NCBI GenBank assembly: GCA_964234715.1
Contig: OZ174276.1
Length of the DNA: 64,000 bases
Direction: 5' to 3' (one strand)
Origin: Podarcis melisellensis
Taxonomy: Eukaryota
Shown: piece after piece, positions 11,980-24,999 of the stretch
How positions within the stretch are numbered: the first letter of the stretch is position 1
Layout: each line of letters opens with the position of its first letter
The notes under the pieces: model-generated
Databases searched by the model: none
Told to the model about the DNA's origin: nothing
What the model saw: only the letters and a program-made list of their open reading frames with translations
Made by a program: the position numbers and the translations under genes

Positions 11980-12434
11980 TTGGCGGCGGCGGCAGGAGCA
12001 GCCGCTTTCAAGTCCTGTCCCCGCTGGCTGGCTGGAGGGGGCCGGGCCCTTTGCTCTTCCCTCCTCCCTTCCCCCACTGCCTGACATTTCCGCCTCCCCC
12101 TCCCCCTGCCGGGGAGGGCGGCCAGTGGCGCGCTGCGAAAGGCCGGATGCGGCTCTCGAAGTGGGCGGAGGAGGCCCAGGCGCTGAGATCACCGGCGGTA
12201 TAAAAAGAAGCGCGCTGGGCGCGGCCTCCTTCAGTCGGGGCGGACGTCACGAGAAAGGCTTCTTCCGAAGGCTGCGCTTCGCAAAGCAAAGCAAAACAAA
12301 CACCAATTAAGACCCGGGGGCACGCGTCACTTTCGCCTTTTAAGGAGAAAGCGCCAGAGGTCTCCCTCCCGGCTCCTCACAGCCCCCGAACAAGCCGAAG
12401 AGACGCGAACCGCGGCGAAGCCGGCTCCGCCATC
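11980..12434 (+). promoter_or_regulatory. IER2: IER2 core promoter and 5' leader
   Basis: TATAAAA at 12199-12205, Inr-like TCAGT at 12231-12235, ETS-like CCGGAT about 12143, CRE-like GACGTCA at 12243-12249, within a CpG island. Confidence 0.75.
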
Positions 12435-13190
12435 ATGGAAGTGCAGAAGGAAGCGCAGCGCATTATGACCATGTCGGTGTGGAAAATGTACCACTCGCGG
12501 ATGCAGCGCGGCGGCCTGCGTCTCCACCGCAGCCTGCAGTTGTCGCTGGTGATGCGCAACGCCCGGGACCTCTACCTCTCGGCCAAGCTGGAGGAAGAGG
12601 ACGAGATGGCCGCGGGCGGAGGGAGCGGCGAGGACTTTGCCGGGCGCCCGGAGCCGCAGCTGGACCTGCAGGGCGAGGCGCCCGCCCCTCAACATCTGGA
12701 GGCGCCTCCGGCGACCCCCTTCCCCCAAGCCCTGCCCGAGCCGGCGCCTCTCCCCGCCGTACAGCCATCGGAGGCGCCGCCGCCTGCTCTGCCTTGCGCC
12801 ACTCTAGATCCGGAGCCCATGGAGACCCAGGAGGAGCTCGACGGCAGCTCGCCCGCGCCTCCGCCGACGTGGAGCCGAGGCGCCCCCGGGCCTCAGGCGG
12901 GCGCCGCCAAGCCTAGCCGCAAGCGCCGCAGCAGCAGCCTGGGCAAGATCGGCGCCGCCGAAGCCGGTCTGGTGCCCAGCAAGAAAGCCAAGCTGGTGGA
13001 AGAGGAAGGCGAGCGGCAGCCGCAGCGCCAGGAGGGGCCTTTCCCGAGCTTAGCCAGGGTCCTCCAGGACCGCTTCTCCGGCTTAATCCTCCAGCCTCCG
13101 CCGGCCAAAGGCGCCGACGAGCCCAAGGCGAGCTGCAGGCAAGGGGACGGCGTGCTGAGCATAATGGTGAGAGCCGTGGTGGCCTTCTAA
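12435..13190 (+). CDS. IER2: Immediate early response 2 protein (251 aa)
   Basis: N-terminus MEVQKEAQRIMTMSVWKMYHSRMQRGGLRLHRSLQLSLVMRNARDLYLSAK, basic RKRR...KKAK motif and C-terminal VRAVVAF are IER2 hallmarks; strong Kozak context (gccatcATGG); intronless ORF. Confidence 0.97.
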   Translation: MEVQKEAQRIMTMSVWKMYHSRMQRGGLRLHRSLQLSLVMRNARDLYLSAKLEEEDEMAAGGGSGEDFAGRPEPQLDLQGEAPAPQHLEAPPATPFPQALPEPAPLPAVQPSEAPPPALPCATLDPEPMETQEELDGSSPAPPPTWSRGAPGPQAGAAKPSRKRRSSSLGKIGAAEAGLVPSKKAKLVEEEGERQPQRQEGPFPSLARVLQDRFSGLILQPPPAKGADEPKASCRQGDGVLSIMVRAVVAF

Positions 13191-14885
13191 AGCGCCCCCG
13201 CCAGGGACTCGTAGCTGGAAACCTCGCTCTCTGCGGAGAAGCGGAACCTGCTGAAGCCCCTCTCTCGGCGGAGGAGCTGAGCACCACCTCCCGCTCCCGG
13301 CCCGCCGGCCCCCTCTCCTTGGTGGCGGGGCCTGGGCGGCGAGGAAGACGCGCCGCGGGAGGCTGGTGAAGGACTGGGGGCGGGCGGCGGGGAGCGCTGG
13401 TGGGTTCCCTCCTCCCATTTTCTCCCCCTCCGGGTTTAGGCGAGAGACGCTCTGGTGGCTGAGAAAGACGACGAGACAAAAGGCTGCGGGCAACGCGGCG
13501 AAGGAGGACGCCCCACCTCGGCCAGTAAACCCGGGACGCGGCTGCGGTGCGCTATGCGCCGGACTGGACGCAGCGGCGGCGTGGCGGGACACGATACTTT
13601 GGGGGGGCGGCGGGCAGCGAACTCTTGGAAAAGGGGGGAGGCTCGCAGCCCGTCGGGCCTTCGGAAACCGGATTCGGGCGGAAAGCAAGCGCGATGTGTG
13701 CTGGGTGCACTTTTTTTTGGTGCTAGTCGATAACAATGACGTGTTCATTCTGCCGTTCCTTAACTAAAGTTAATTGCCAGATCTGAGTTTGTTTCTGTCT
13801 CCTCTCCCCCCCCCCTTTTTTTTTTCCTGAACGGGACTGGAAAGGTCTGAAGGTTTGTTAGGCAGCTCCCCTGAAGGGTTAAAAAGAGTCATGCTGAGAA
13901 TTGTCGAAGAATTGCAGCTTTTGTCAGTCCCGCTCCTGTCTGCCCAGTATTCTTTTCCTCAGGGCCATCCCTTTTTTTCTTACCTAGTAATTAAGAACGA
14001 TGAAGTGGCCTGTTTCTTTGTGCCAGAGAAGATCTCCGAACCAGATTAGTCTTGCCAAAGTGTGTGTGCTGAGCAGGAACAGAAGGAGGGGAGGGGAAAA
14101 AAACCCAACCAGTCATACTAGTTATGACACATCTCTCATATGACTAGCATTTGCATTACACTGGGTCCACGACTGCAGGGGATTTCCTGCTTCTGTTGCC
14201 TTGGCTGTGTGTGTGTGTGGTTGTTGTGGTTTTTGTTTTTTAAGGTGTGGGTGGAGCCCTGAATGTCTGAAGGGTGGGGGAGAGGAAGACAAGTGGTTTT
14301 TCTTCCCCTAAAGATGTCATCTTAAAAGCTCACTGGCGGTTTTCCTAGATGACTGAAGCTGTTTATGCACTGAACAGTAATGAGGGGTACTGTTTTACAC
14401 CCACAAACATTTTTCTCTTTCCACTCCATATGCAGCTTGGATATTTTTCACCCAAATCAGGAGAATGGGGGCAAAGAAACCTGTATTCTTTAAATGGGTG
14501 TGTTCTGCAGTGTCTTGTCTCTAAAAAAACAAACAAAACAGTATATCAAGTCATTTTATGAGATTTCTTGACACCGTTTTTGCCTTTGTTCATGATTTTT
14601 TCCTCCACTCTCTTCTCTCAAATGTATGAAACAGTTGCTGTTGTGCTGGATTTATCTGTTGTGTCATCTCAGTGCTTCAAAAGTGTTAGTTTGACTCAAG
14701 CTTTAGGGTTGGGAGGAGAACAGTAAGAATGTCTTCTGAAACTGGTTTTCAAAATGGGCAGTAGAATGGTCACTGTCAAGGTACTTTGTAATGCTAATTG
14801 TATGTAATCTGCATTTGCCTCAAGGAGGGCAAAATACAAGTTTATTTGGTTTTATCCTCATGGTGTTAATATTTTTGGTCATTGA

Positions 14886-14891
14886 AATAAA
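14886..14891 (+). terminator. IER2: Probable IER2 poly(A) signal
   Basis: AATAAA followed by a U/GU-rich tract (ctttttttttacttctgtggtgtt), at the end of an approximately 1.7 kb 3' UTR whose distal part is AU-rich. Confidence 0.65.
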
Positions 14892-17800
14892 GGCCATCTT
14901 TTTTTTTACTTCTGTGGTGTTCCGTTCTTAATTTAAAAAAAAACACAAAACCATTTGTGAACTTCATTGAGAATTTTCTCTTGGTGGAGAGGATATGGGA
15001 GGGGAGAATATTCAAGCAGCTACTCAAACCTACCTCCAAATGTATGAAGCCTCCTACTACATTAAACTAGTCAAGGTACAAAATAAGGAACTAGAGAAAA
15101 GAAACAAGGGGAACAGCAAAGTTAGTGACAGGGCAGGCAACCTTTAGTTCCTTAACCAACAGCACATTTAAAGAGCCAAACTTCCAAGCATGTGGGCTCT
15201 TGCAAATCTGAACTATTCAATGTTGAGATACGGAGTAAACAAACTCTCCAAAGCTCTGCCCCCAGCCTTCTATGAATTAGCCTTCTATGACCCTTGGGGC
15301 ATCCAGAACTTGTTGATTATGTAGCTGTTTCTAATAGTGGGTGGAATGGGGAGAGAAGGGGTTGTCAACAAGATTAGCCTTGATTGTTTGGGTAGCAGTC
15401 CAGTCCCGATAGGGTCCTAAGATGTTTGGGATCACTTTTCAAATCTCACCATGCTGGGTAGCATGGGTCAAGCAAGTTGAGTTGCATAACAACAATGCTT
15501 GGTTTCAGGATGGGTGTGAGAGCATGGGAAACTTATATTTAGAGCTCCAGTAACAGCTTGTAAACTTGTTTATGATGGAACTAAAATAGCCTTTCCATAA
15601 ACATGGGCCACTAGCCAGCGGATAGGGCTGGCAGGCAGGAGCTTAAAGTATGCTTTGCAAAACATTAACAGTAGCAGTATCTCGAGGTAATCCCCTAAGG
15701 GAGCAACTTATGCTTGTCTGCAATCCCTGATCATGTAATGGAAACCTTGTCATAAGAACTTGTTGGCACAATACAGGTTTGCCAGATTAGACCCCATGGA
15801 TGTTGAGCAATGTCGCAAATCACCAAGGAAGGTTGTGTGTAGTCCCTTTCGACTGAAATATAAAACAGGACAGATGTATACATTCTAATTTGGTGAGTGA
15901 CCCCCTCATTTAATAACCCTCAGCAAAGTGGCGATAAGTCTTTGTTTCAGTCCCAGTGATTTTTGTATTTTCAAATACAACCACAAGATATTTGAAACAA
16001 GGGGGTGGTTGATGACTGAAGGAATGAAATATATGTTGGGAGAATGGGTGTAATCAAGAATGTAAGTGTGCCTCCTAAATAATTCACACACTCTGGGATG
16101 TGTGCTTCAGGGAAAAGTCTAGGATTTAGCATCGGTAGTTAAAAAGCTAGGGGTAATGCACCAAGGATTTATTAAGTACTTTCTTCAGAACCCCTCCAGT
16201 TTCAGTGGATGCTCCCTGAGACAGCTGAGCAAGCAGGTGGGGTGAGATCAATGGGGAAGAGCCCCCAGGGGTTAAAGGAACACTGCCGTGATTCAAGGCT
16301 CAGGAATTTACTCCTTGTAATCTGAGCTGCTGCCAGTTTAGAGGCCATAACCTGGTAATTTTCCCTTCTGCAACAATGCTGATTGCCTGCCTCAGTGCTT
16401 TTATAAGATTTAATTCCTCCACTGGTGTAAAGTGCTCTGAGTTACCTGGAATAGGAATGACTGACACCAGTTAGCCACTATTGTTTGCTTTCACTGCAAA
16501 GAGTAGGATTATGCCTTGCTGGACACATGAGAATCCTTAGGCTAAACTATGGTTGTAAACCTGCGTGTGAGCTGTGCTGCATCTGAATTACAGGTCAGGA
16601 CTTGCATGAGCTCTCTGCCTCTTGATAAAAACATTTCCCTGCGCATAGAAAACTTATGTTAATGAGAACTAGGCCTCAAGTTCAGCCCAGCCCTAAATTT
16701 TCCCACAAAAACCCACTCCACCCAGTCTCGTGAGTCAGCTGGAAAGCCAGTCTCTGCTGGAGGAGCTCTGTCTCTCTGTGAAAAATGCACTAGTGGCTTG
16801 GCCTGATAGGATGGGTATATTGCCGTGACCTCCTTTCCTATGACAGCAGAGTATTTTGTACAGACAGAACCAAAGATGCTGGCTCAGTCTGGGGAGCTCT
16901 GCTGAGATCTTCTTGGGCATAATCTTTGCCCTTCCATAGCGTAGTTGGTGTGCCTCACAGCACAGCCAAGGAGGTCTGAGTTAGAAGGCACACCCATGTG
17001 CCCCAAGGCCTTAACTGCTCGTGTTACTTTTCAGTCAAAGGGGTTTTGTGTTACCTCTTTAATTCACAGCAACAATATATAAAAGAGAATTGGGGGGTAT
17101 TTAAACAAGTTAGGGCAAGATAATTTCTAGAGGTAAGGCTGGGGTTTGGAGTCAAGACTCGCCACACATTCTTCGTTGAACAAATGTGTGTGTGTTTGGA
17201 GAGAGGAGGCAGTTCTGTCTCTTTTTGAGTCAGGAAAGAAGCAAATGATAGGCGTCTGTTTTCAAAATACCAATTAATTGGCATTTTGTAGAAGTTTGAG
17301 CCTCACAGAAATCTAAAGTGGCCTTTTTCATCCTGTGACACTTAAAAAAATCTGTAACATCTTCATTAGTGTAACTTAAGTGCTAAGCGTTTCGAGATAA
17401 GACCTGTATATGGAAGAATATGTTAAAACCTGTGCATTTGAACTAGTACTTAACAATAAGGAGAGTCCTGTAGAACATGAACACATAAAATCCACTTTCA
17501 CTAACCACATGGGAGCTGAATAAAGCATGTTGCCTATTTAGTGCATCTGATTTATCAGTTAATCTATGGCAGAGATAAGACTTCCCAATATTTACAGCAC
17601 AGGCTGTGACAGAATAAATTTAATTAGGAACCATTCCCCCAAGTGATCCTTGTTAGCAACTTCAAGGCATAAGGGGAGAATGGCTATGAACTTCCTTGCC
17701 CAAGGCAAGGATCAGGCTTGCTTCGTGCTACATGGTGCACCTTGTTCTGCCAGACTACTGAATAAGTTGCAAGCCGTTTCATGCTGGCTATAAATGATGA

Positions 17801-20800
17801 AAGGCTTTCCATGCAATGCCTTCTAGTCCACCTCCTTGTGTGTTCTGGAAATCCATTTCCTCCTGGCATGGAGGAATATATATATTTTTTAAGCACTTGG
17901 AGGAAATATACACCATTTAATCTTATCACAATGTGTTCTGGTGAGGGCTATTTTTTTAATTTTTAGAAAAAGTAATCAGTGTTCCCTTTGCAGCCCAGGA
18001 GGCCACTGAAAACAATGGAGAATTTTCCCAGCTGTAGTTCCCAGTGTCCCTAGTAATACATGCAACAAAGTGTTGCCATGCATATACGGATCTCAGGTAG
18101 GAGGGATGAGGTAAGAGCCTGCTCAGTATCTTGAAAATCTTCTCTGACTCACAGCAGCTCACAGGCTACAATATGCCTCTGCATAAGGCTGCTGCTTATA
18201 TGTGGAAGCAAACGGACAGGGAAAACATCCCACAGCTTTGGGTTCCTTCTGACATGTCATTTGTTATGCAACATAGTTATTTAGCATATACTCTGTACGG
18301 CTTCTCCCTCCCACCTCAAATGAAGTGCAAGGCACCTGGAAAACTAAAACCCTCCGTTTTCTCCCCCCTGTTTGCAATATTACACCAGACTTGTACCAGC
18401 TGAAGATGTGTGTGAATTCCAATGTTTCCACAGTCTTCCTCCCCTGCCCCCCTTCCTTAAGCTTTCTAGCTGTGTGGGAAACCCTCAGAGAGCCCAGGCG
18501 ATTCTGCATTGCACCTAGAGGCCCTGTCACGCCATTGCCTGTGCAAGACACTCCCCCTGTGAAAAGACAGAAGGGTCTTTGATAACGCCCCAAGCACATC
18601 TCCAGCAGAACAAAGGCAGCATAGCTAATGGCTCCCACTCACACAGTGTGACTCTCTGCCAGGAATCTGAACTCCCTCCACCCCCTAAAGGCACAGGCTG
18701 AAGGACAGAGAGGGGGGAGGAGGAGGAGGAGGAGGGGAGGAAAACACATCTAAGCCAGGATATGGGGGCTGCAGAGCAAAGGAGGCCTGGCACACCAAAT
18801 GCAGTGCAGTTAGGTTGATTTCCTGTGCATCAGCTACCCCTGGAGACAGGATACCAAAGCGGATGGCCTGTTCCGCCTTACCATGAGCTGGGCTGTATCC
18901 GGCACCTGCTAAAGTTCCTGTGTTCTCACGGGGAGAGGGGAGGAAGAGGGGAGGGGAGAGCACCAGAGGGAAGGGGTTTGCACCTTCAGCCCGATGAGGT
19001 CCTTGGCTGGGTGACCGCAGCTGCTTTCTCTGCCAGTTATTTGCTGCCACATGACAAAATATTTCAGTTTGTACGGAAATTCAGCTTTCTCTCTTCTGGT
19101 TTCACCAAATTTTGCTTTGTCTCATTTAGTGAGAGGCAGGAAGAGAAATAGTTTCCAGCCCTGCTGCATTCAGAATACACATGCTACTTATCACAGGGCA
19201 AAATACTAGAGCATCAAGGGGGATTATAGTAACTCATTCAGAGGAGATGTTTGCATACCCAGTCTCCCAAACCGTAAGCGCTGCTATCTGCATGCCCTTT
19301 TAAAGTGATACTGCCCAAGATCCTTGGGTTATATTCCTGGCTTGTTCAAGCCAAGAAAGTGGCTTGTTCAGGTTACAAAGCTGGTGATTAAGACCAGCTT
19401 CCAGGCCCCTGGCAGCGACTGCAGTGGCTGCAGACAGAAACCAGAATTACCTTCACACACATCCACCTGCTTGTACTGAGAGATTTGCTTCCGAGGCTCT
19501 ATTTCTGCCACCCCTTGTGGGAGCAATTAGGCTGGTGGCCACAAGGGACAGGGCCTTCTTGGCAGTGGCCCCATGATAAGCCAGGTCCCATCACTGCAAG
19601 CCTTTATGTCTCCACATGTCTAAGGAGGAGTCTAATTGGGCTGTTGTAACATTGTTGTGATTTTCTTTTGTTTTTGTGATTTTTACTGGGTAGAGTGTTA
19701 CAATGTTGTTGCCGGTTACTGTTTCTAATGGCGTTGTTGTTGTACATTTTACATTTATTAAGAATTACATGCTGTTGACATAATGTTGGGAGCTGTCACA
19801 GGAGGGTTCTTTGCTAAAATGGTGGCTTGTAAGCTTTTTAAATAAATAACTCCCTCCTCCCCAGCTACTCTGATCAATGGATCCCTGTCAAAACAAGCTC
19901 TCCGTTCCAGTTCATTACTCCTGCCTGCCAATATTTTCAATTACTTCCTTCTGCCCAGAACCCCATCTCCCATCTATCCTCAGCTACGGCTCAGTCCTTG
20001 CTCTTTGTGATACACCAGCCAATCTGAATGGAAGGTTAAGTCTGAAAAGCATACAGCCCCCCGGAGTTGCTCAAGGTTTTCATTCAGAGTTGTTATTCTC
20101 TGCCCAGCTTCCCTTGACCTGAGCGAGTGCACCCTTGCTATGCTTCTCATGCTCTGCCACATTGCTGCGGCAGTCTGGGATCCCACAATTACTACACTCC
20201 TCAGCATGTGGAATTACTATGGGATATTATCCTGGGCAGGGAAGCAGCCAGACAACCTCATTAAATTGCTCCAACCCGGGCAATTACGGGCCACACCTCG
20301 GAATAATTAGCACCCCTGGGAAACTGCTTTGTAGGCAGGCTGCATAAGCAAACAGCTAGAGCAGGTTATGCTACAAGCTCGGACTCTTTGAACGTTTACC
20401 ATGTGCCCTTGGAGCTGGGTGAGAGAACCAGCCCTTATTGGAACAGAAACGGTCTGCCAACTGTTTTCTAAATTGAAAAGCAGGAATTATGCCTCCAGTG
20501 TTCAGGGGTGTACCTGGGGGTTGGCGGAACTGGCCCCTGCCAGGGGTGCAGGTCTGGAGTAGGGGCAAAAATCACCTGTCAGACCATATATGTGTCTCAC
20601 AGCAAAATCAAACAAGGGAGAAGCTTCCCACCCATCCTGCACTGTGGCACAAAGGCGTGTGGACTTATTTGCCCTTCCTCCTAACTTTGCCTTTGCTCTG
20701 GATGTTTTGAGTACTGTACTTGGGTCATGCAAAATGTAGTAATTTCCAATGTGGCTATTGTAGTACAGTGATTTCTTTTCCCCTGTGGGGGGGGGGGCAG

Positions 20801-22575
20801 GGCTCCAATATGGCTCCCTGCCAAGGGGACAAGGGATCCTAAATATGCCTCTGCCAGCACTGAAGGGAAGCCCACATAGATAGGGAAATGAAGCACAGAT
20901 TTCTTCTGGTTCTGCTTTTCAGAATAGAATAGGATTGTCAGTTCTATCAATCAGGCAAATTGGGATCCCAACCATGAGCAGCTTGTCATTTTATCCCACG
21001 GTGAAAGAAGTGAGGAGAGGGATGTGTTTCATGGGGAGACAAGAATTGCGGGCAAGAAATAGAGGTACCAGGCCATGACGGTCCTGTTATAAAATACCTA
21101 TAAATATCTATAAAGATATTTCAGTCTTTGACAAGCTATGTACATGCTGGCTGGGAGCCACTGAGGTGACTGGAATTGTGTGGGAGAGAGCTGTATGTAC
21201 TTTGAAACTATGCAGGGTGGTGAAGAGACTGTAATTCCTCTTGCCCAGATATGACTCTCTGTTGAGTATCCTGCAGTTCCCACCGATTGCATCTCTAGAG
21301 TGTAGCCAGGGCGGAGAGTGGTGATTGGACTGAGCCTCTCCTTCCACCTTGGGTAATACCTTTGCTGCTGCAAGGCTACCGAGACCATCTCTCTTCTTGC
21401 AGCTCCACCTTCTCCTTCCCACACTGGCTGCACATGCAAAAGTGCTGGCGGCGCAAGCTTAGGGAGGTGGCATTGGGAATATACTGATTGTTCTTTGCCC
21501 TCGCCCTAGCAGGGCGGCACTTGCAGAGTTCAGGCCTGGGCACACTGCCAGTTGGGTTCAAACAACAATCTGGCTGGGAAAAGCCTGGACTGAGTGGTTC
21601 TAAGGGTGGTGGTGAAACTTTGGAAGCAAAGCGGAACTTCTCAGGCAAAGACCCATAAAAGGCCGAATGCTGTGATCTGTATTTGGTTTGCCACTGCTCA
21701 GTCTTCCTCTGGGCATTTCCAAAGTTCCATCTCCTTCCAGTTTTCATTCATCATAATAAGGCCTTGTGGCTTTAGAAGCAGAAAGCCAGCAGGCAGACTT
21801 TCCTCCTTTCTCTGTGGAATGACCCCAAACTAATCTTGCTTCTCAGAAATTGCATCCTGTAGACAAGCTCAGTTTCACAACTGGCCGCCAGCTGCTACTT
21901 TTATCCAAAATGTTCATACAAAGCAGCTTCTTCTACTTCCAAAACACAAGACTTAGGGAGTTTTACATTTGGGACAAGGGGATGGGAATCCTCAGACACC
22001 TGCAGCACAAGTGAAAAGCCTTTTTGCCATAAGTGCGCAAACCATTTTATGGCTTGCACTTGTGTCAGTGAGGTATTGGACATGTAGTTTTGTGTGTGTA
22101 TTGAAAATACTAACATGGCTTTAAAAAAAAAGAGAGAGAAAATTGTATGCATATGTGATGTGGTAATTAATGTGCCTTAATATATGTATTTGTGTGCAGT
22201 GCAGAAGTATCCACTAATGACCACTTGGCCAAATTTCTTTCCCACTGCCTGACCACTCAGATGCAAAGCAAGAGATAAAAGAGGAGCATGATGAGAGTTG
22301 CAGCTGTCACAAGCTTCACTGACAGGCCACTTTAGGGGATGGAGCTTGGGGTTCTGGGCCTGCCAATCCTATTCCATTCTGAAGTGGCCGTCTAACAAAA
22401 TCGAGTTGCTGACCAGAGGTATAGGGAGAAAGAGTACATGCGCACTGGTGCTAATAGTGTGTCTGAAGGAGGAGCAAATTGTTGCACGCCACCCCAGTCT
22501 CTGAGTGGTGCAAGATTCTAGGGTACCCAGGGCTTGGTTTCCTTTGGAATGAGGGACAGTGGAGATTGTCGTGTC

Positions 22576-22927
22576 TTTATGTTGTGTGGTTTATTCACAC
22601 ATCTATACAACCCATGTGTATAGATGTGTGAATAAACCACACAACATAAACCACACAACATAAACCACACAACACCCATGTGACTTCTAGCACAGAGCCA
22701 CTTCCCCTACGATGGAGGGGTTCACAGCATTAACATCCCAAGAGGTTCTTGCTTCTCCCAGACTTAGATTCCAGCAGAAATCAGGCATAGCTCTGTCTCC
22801 CAGCTGCTCAGCCAGGCAACTTCTAGCTCACATAACTCAAGACCTAACTCTGGCTTTGTCTTTGTAACTACCAGCAAGTTGAGGGAGGGGAACCCACCCA
22901 TGTGACTTCTAGCACAGAGCCACTTCC
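22576..22927. repeat. Perfect 34-bp inverted repeat, 14-bp tandem repeat and 33-bp dispersed direct repeat
   Basis: Arms 22576-22609 and 22617-22650; TAAACCACACAACA x3 at 22633-22674; 22673-22705 equals 22895-22927. Confidence 0.95.
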
Positions 22928-23359
22928 TTTGTTACCTTAAAGACCCATACTTATAAGTTCATTACCTTACTGGGAAGCTAACTTGGCTATTTCAGAAATG
23001 GAATCTGTACTGGATCCAACAATTAGAAGTGGGGTCAGGCCACATTAGAGGCAGATTTAGGGGAGCACTGGGCGCAGAACCTTGGGGGCACCATTGAGGA
23101 CGCAGCAACTATGATTTAGAGTGAAGCACAAGAGGCAGAGAGGTGCTAATTTTGGACGCCACCCAGGGTGCCACTGAAATATGAGAACCCAAAGTCTGCC
23201 ACTGGTCAGGCATATAGCCCCCCCCAACTCATAACACTCTGTAATGCAAGTGTAGTTAAGGTCTTTGTATGAAATAATGGATTTTAGGGATAATAATAAT
23301 AAATTTATTATTTATACCCAGTCCATCTGGCTGGGTTTCCCCAGCCACTCTGGGCAGCG

Positions 23360-23711
23360 TAAAGGTAAAGGGACCCCTGACCATTAGGTCCAGTCATGAC
23401 TGACTCTGGGGTTGCAGCACTCATCTCACTTTACTGGCCGAGGAAGCCAGCGCACAGCTTCCGGGTCATGTGGCCAGCATGACTAAGCCGCTTCTGGCGA
23501 ACCAGAGCAGCGCACAGAAATGCCGTTTACCTTCCTGCCGGAGCGGTACCTATTTATCTACTTGCACTTGGACATGCTTTCGAACTGCTAGGTTGGCAGG
23601 AGCAGGAACCGAGCAACAGGAGCTCACCCCGTCAGGGGTATTCGAACCACCAACCATTTGATCAGCAAGTCCTAGGCTCTGTGGTTTAACCTACAGCACC
23701 ACCCGCGTCCC
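23360..23711 (-). mobile_element. Sauria SINE inserted in an L2-type 3' tail
   Basis: Reverse complement of the 3900 element, flanked by direct repeat CTGGGCAGC (23350-23358 and 23714-23722). Confidence 0.9.
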
Positions 23712-24294
23712 TCCTGGGCAGCTTATAACATATCTGAAAACATAATAAAAACACCATTCCTTAAAAACCTCTCTCAACAGGGCTTCCTACAGATGTCTTC
23801 TAAAACGTAAGTTTAGGTATCTGTTGTACTAAGTATGTAAACAGAAACAGTGTTTTGTACTTTAGTGTAAATCAGTAATGCTGGCACTGCCCATTCTGGT
23901 GGCGGCAGACATGAAGAGGAAGCAGCATTGATAGGGTGAGGCTGCCTTCCTTCCTTCCTTCTTTCCCAAAAGCAGTAGCTCCCCACCCCCCTCCAACAGC
24001 CACTTCCCTTTTTCTTCCTGTGCAGCCAACATCGCCCATCCCTGGCGCTTGCCCTCTGCTGTCTGTTAGGAAGTCAGGGGTACAGGCGGGGAGGTGTCAT
24101 CCAAACAAATGGGTGCCTCTTGCTCATAGCACTTTTTTCTGCTTCTTAACTACCATACAGCTGCTGTGTATGGTCACTATGCTGATCTTGCCTATATTCA
24201 AGTTTTTTTACACATAATTGTCACAGTCTTCTTGTTTTAACTATAGGACAGAATATAGGAAGCAGCCTCATATCAAATCCATGTAGGTCCACAG

Positions 24295-24502
24295 CAGAGC
24301 TTTCCAAGCTTTTCGTGTTGTTGACACACTTTTTAGACATCCATTATTTTGCAACACATTAATTCAATTTTACTAGCAAAGCAGAGGTCAAATGAACCCC
24401 TTTGCAGCCCGAGGAGGAGCGTGAGGAGTGTTCGTGTGACATACCTACACACTGCGGCCGACACACTAATGTGTCTGTCACGACACAGTTTGGAAAACTC
24501 TG
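24295..24502. mobile_element. hAT-type MITE
   Basis: TIR CAGAGCTTTCCAA...TTGGAAAACTCTG with a degenerate 8-bp flank duplication. Confidence 0.7.
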
Positions 24503-24999
24503 GTCTGCACACATTGACTGGCAGTGTCTCTTCATGGTTTAACACAATAATTTTTAATAGCCCTACCTGGAGTGAACCTGGGACCGTTTGCATACAAAGC
24601 ACACAGTCATTCAGACACTAATATCGCAACTGGGCGCTGGTTATCTTTCCTTGCTACACCCAAACACGCACTCCACCAGTGTTTCCTGGTGGTTAGCTCA
24701 GTTCCAGAGTGCTGCAGGGGAGGACACTAGGTTTACTGCATGCAGGGCAAAGGTCTCTCCACACGTAAGCTGTTCATCAAACAAGCTTCACTGCTCTGAG
24801 TAAGATAAAATAAATAGCCCCGTTCTTTCGAAAAACAACTCAGGAGTATTCTTCAGTAGTTCCATGAACTGGATACTCTCCCTTCGTTTTAGGGAAAACA
24901 ACCACGTCTTTATTTGAACCAAGGCTGGGCACTGGAACATGTGGGCTCGGCTCTCTTAAATCTGGTTTTTTCCTGTCAAGGTTTTCCGCAGCCTACGAA

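Noticed and set aside
11665-13767. Long overlapping and antisense ORFs around IER2 (e.g. 13083-13748, 12913-13479, 11665-12192)
   Set aside because: Low-complexity Pro/Arg/Ala-rich products expected from a GC-rich CpG island; no recognisable domains.
22633-22674. CRISPR-like array
   Set aside because: Eukaryotic DNA; contiguous tandem 14-mers without unique spacers.
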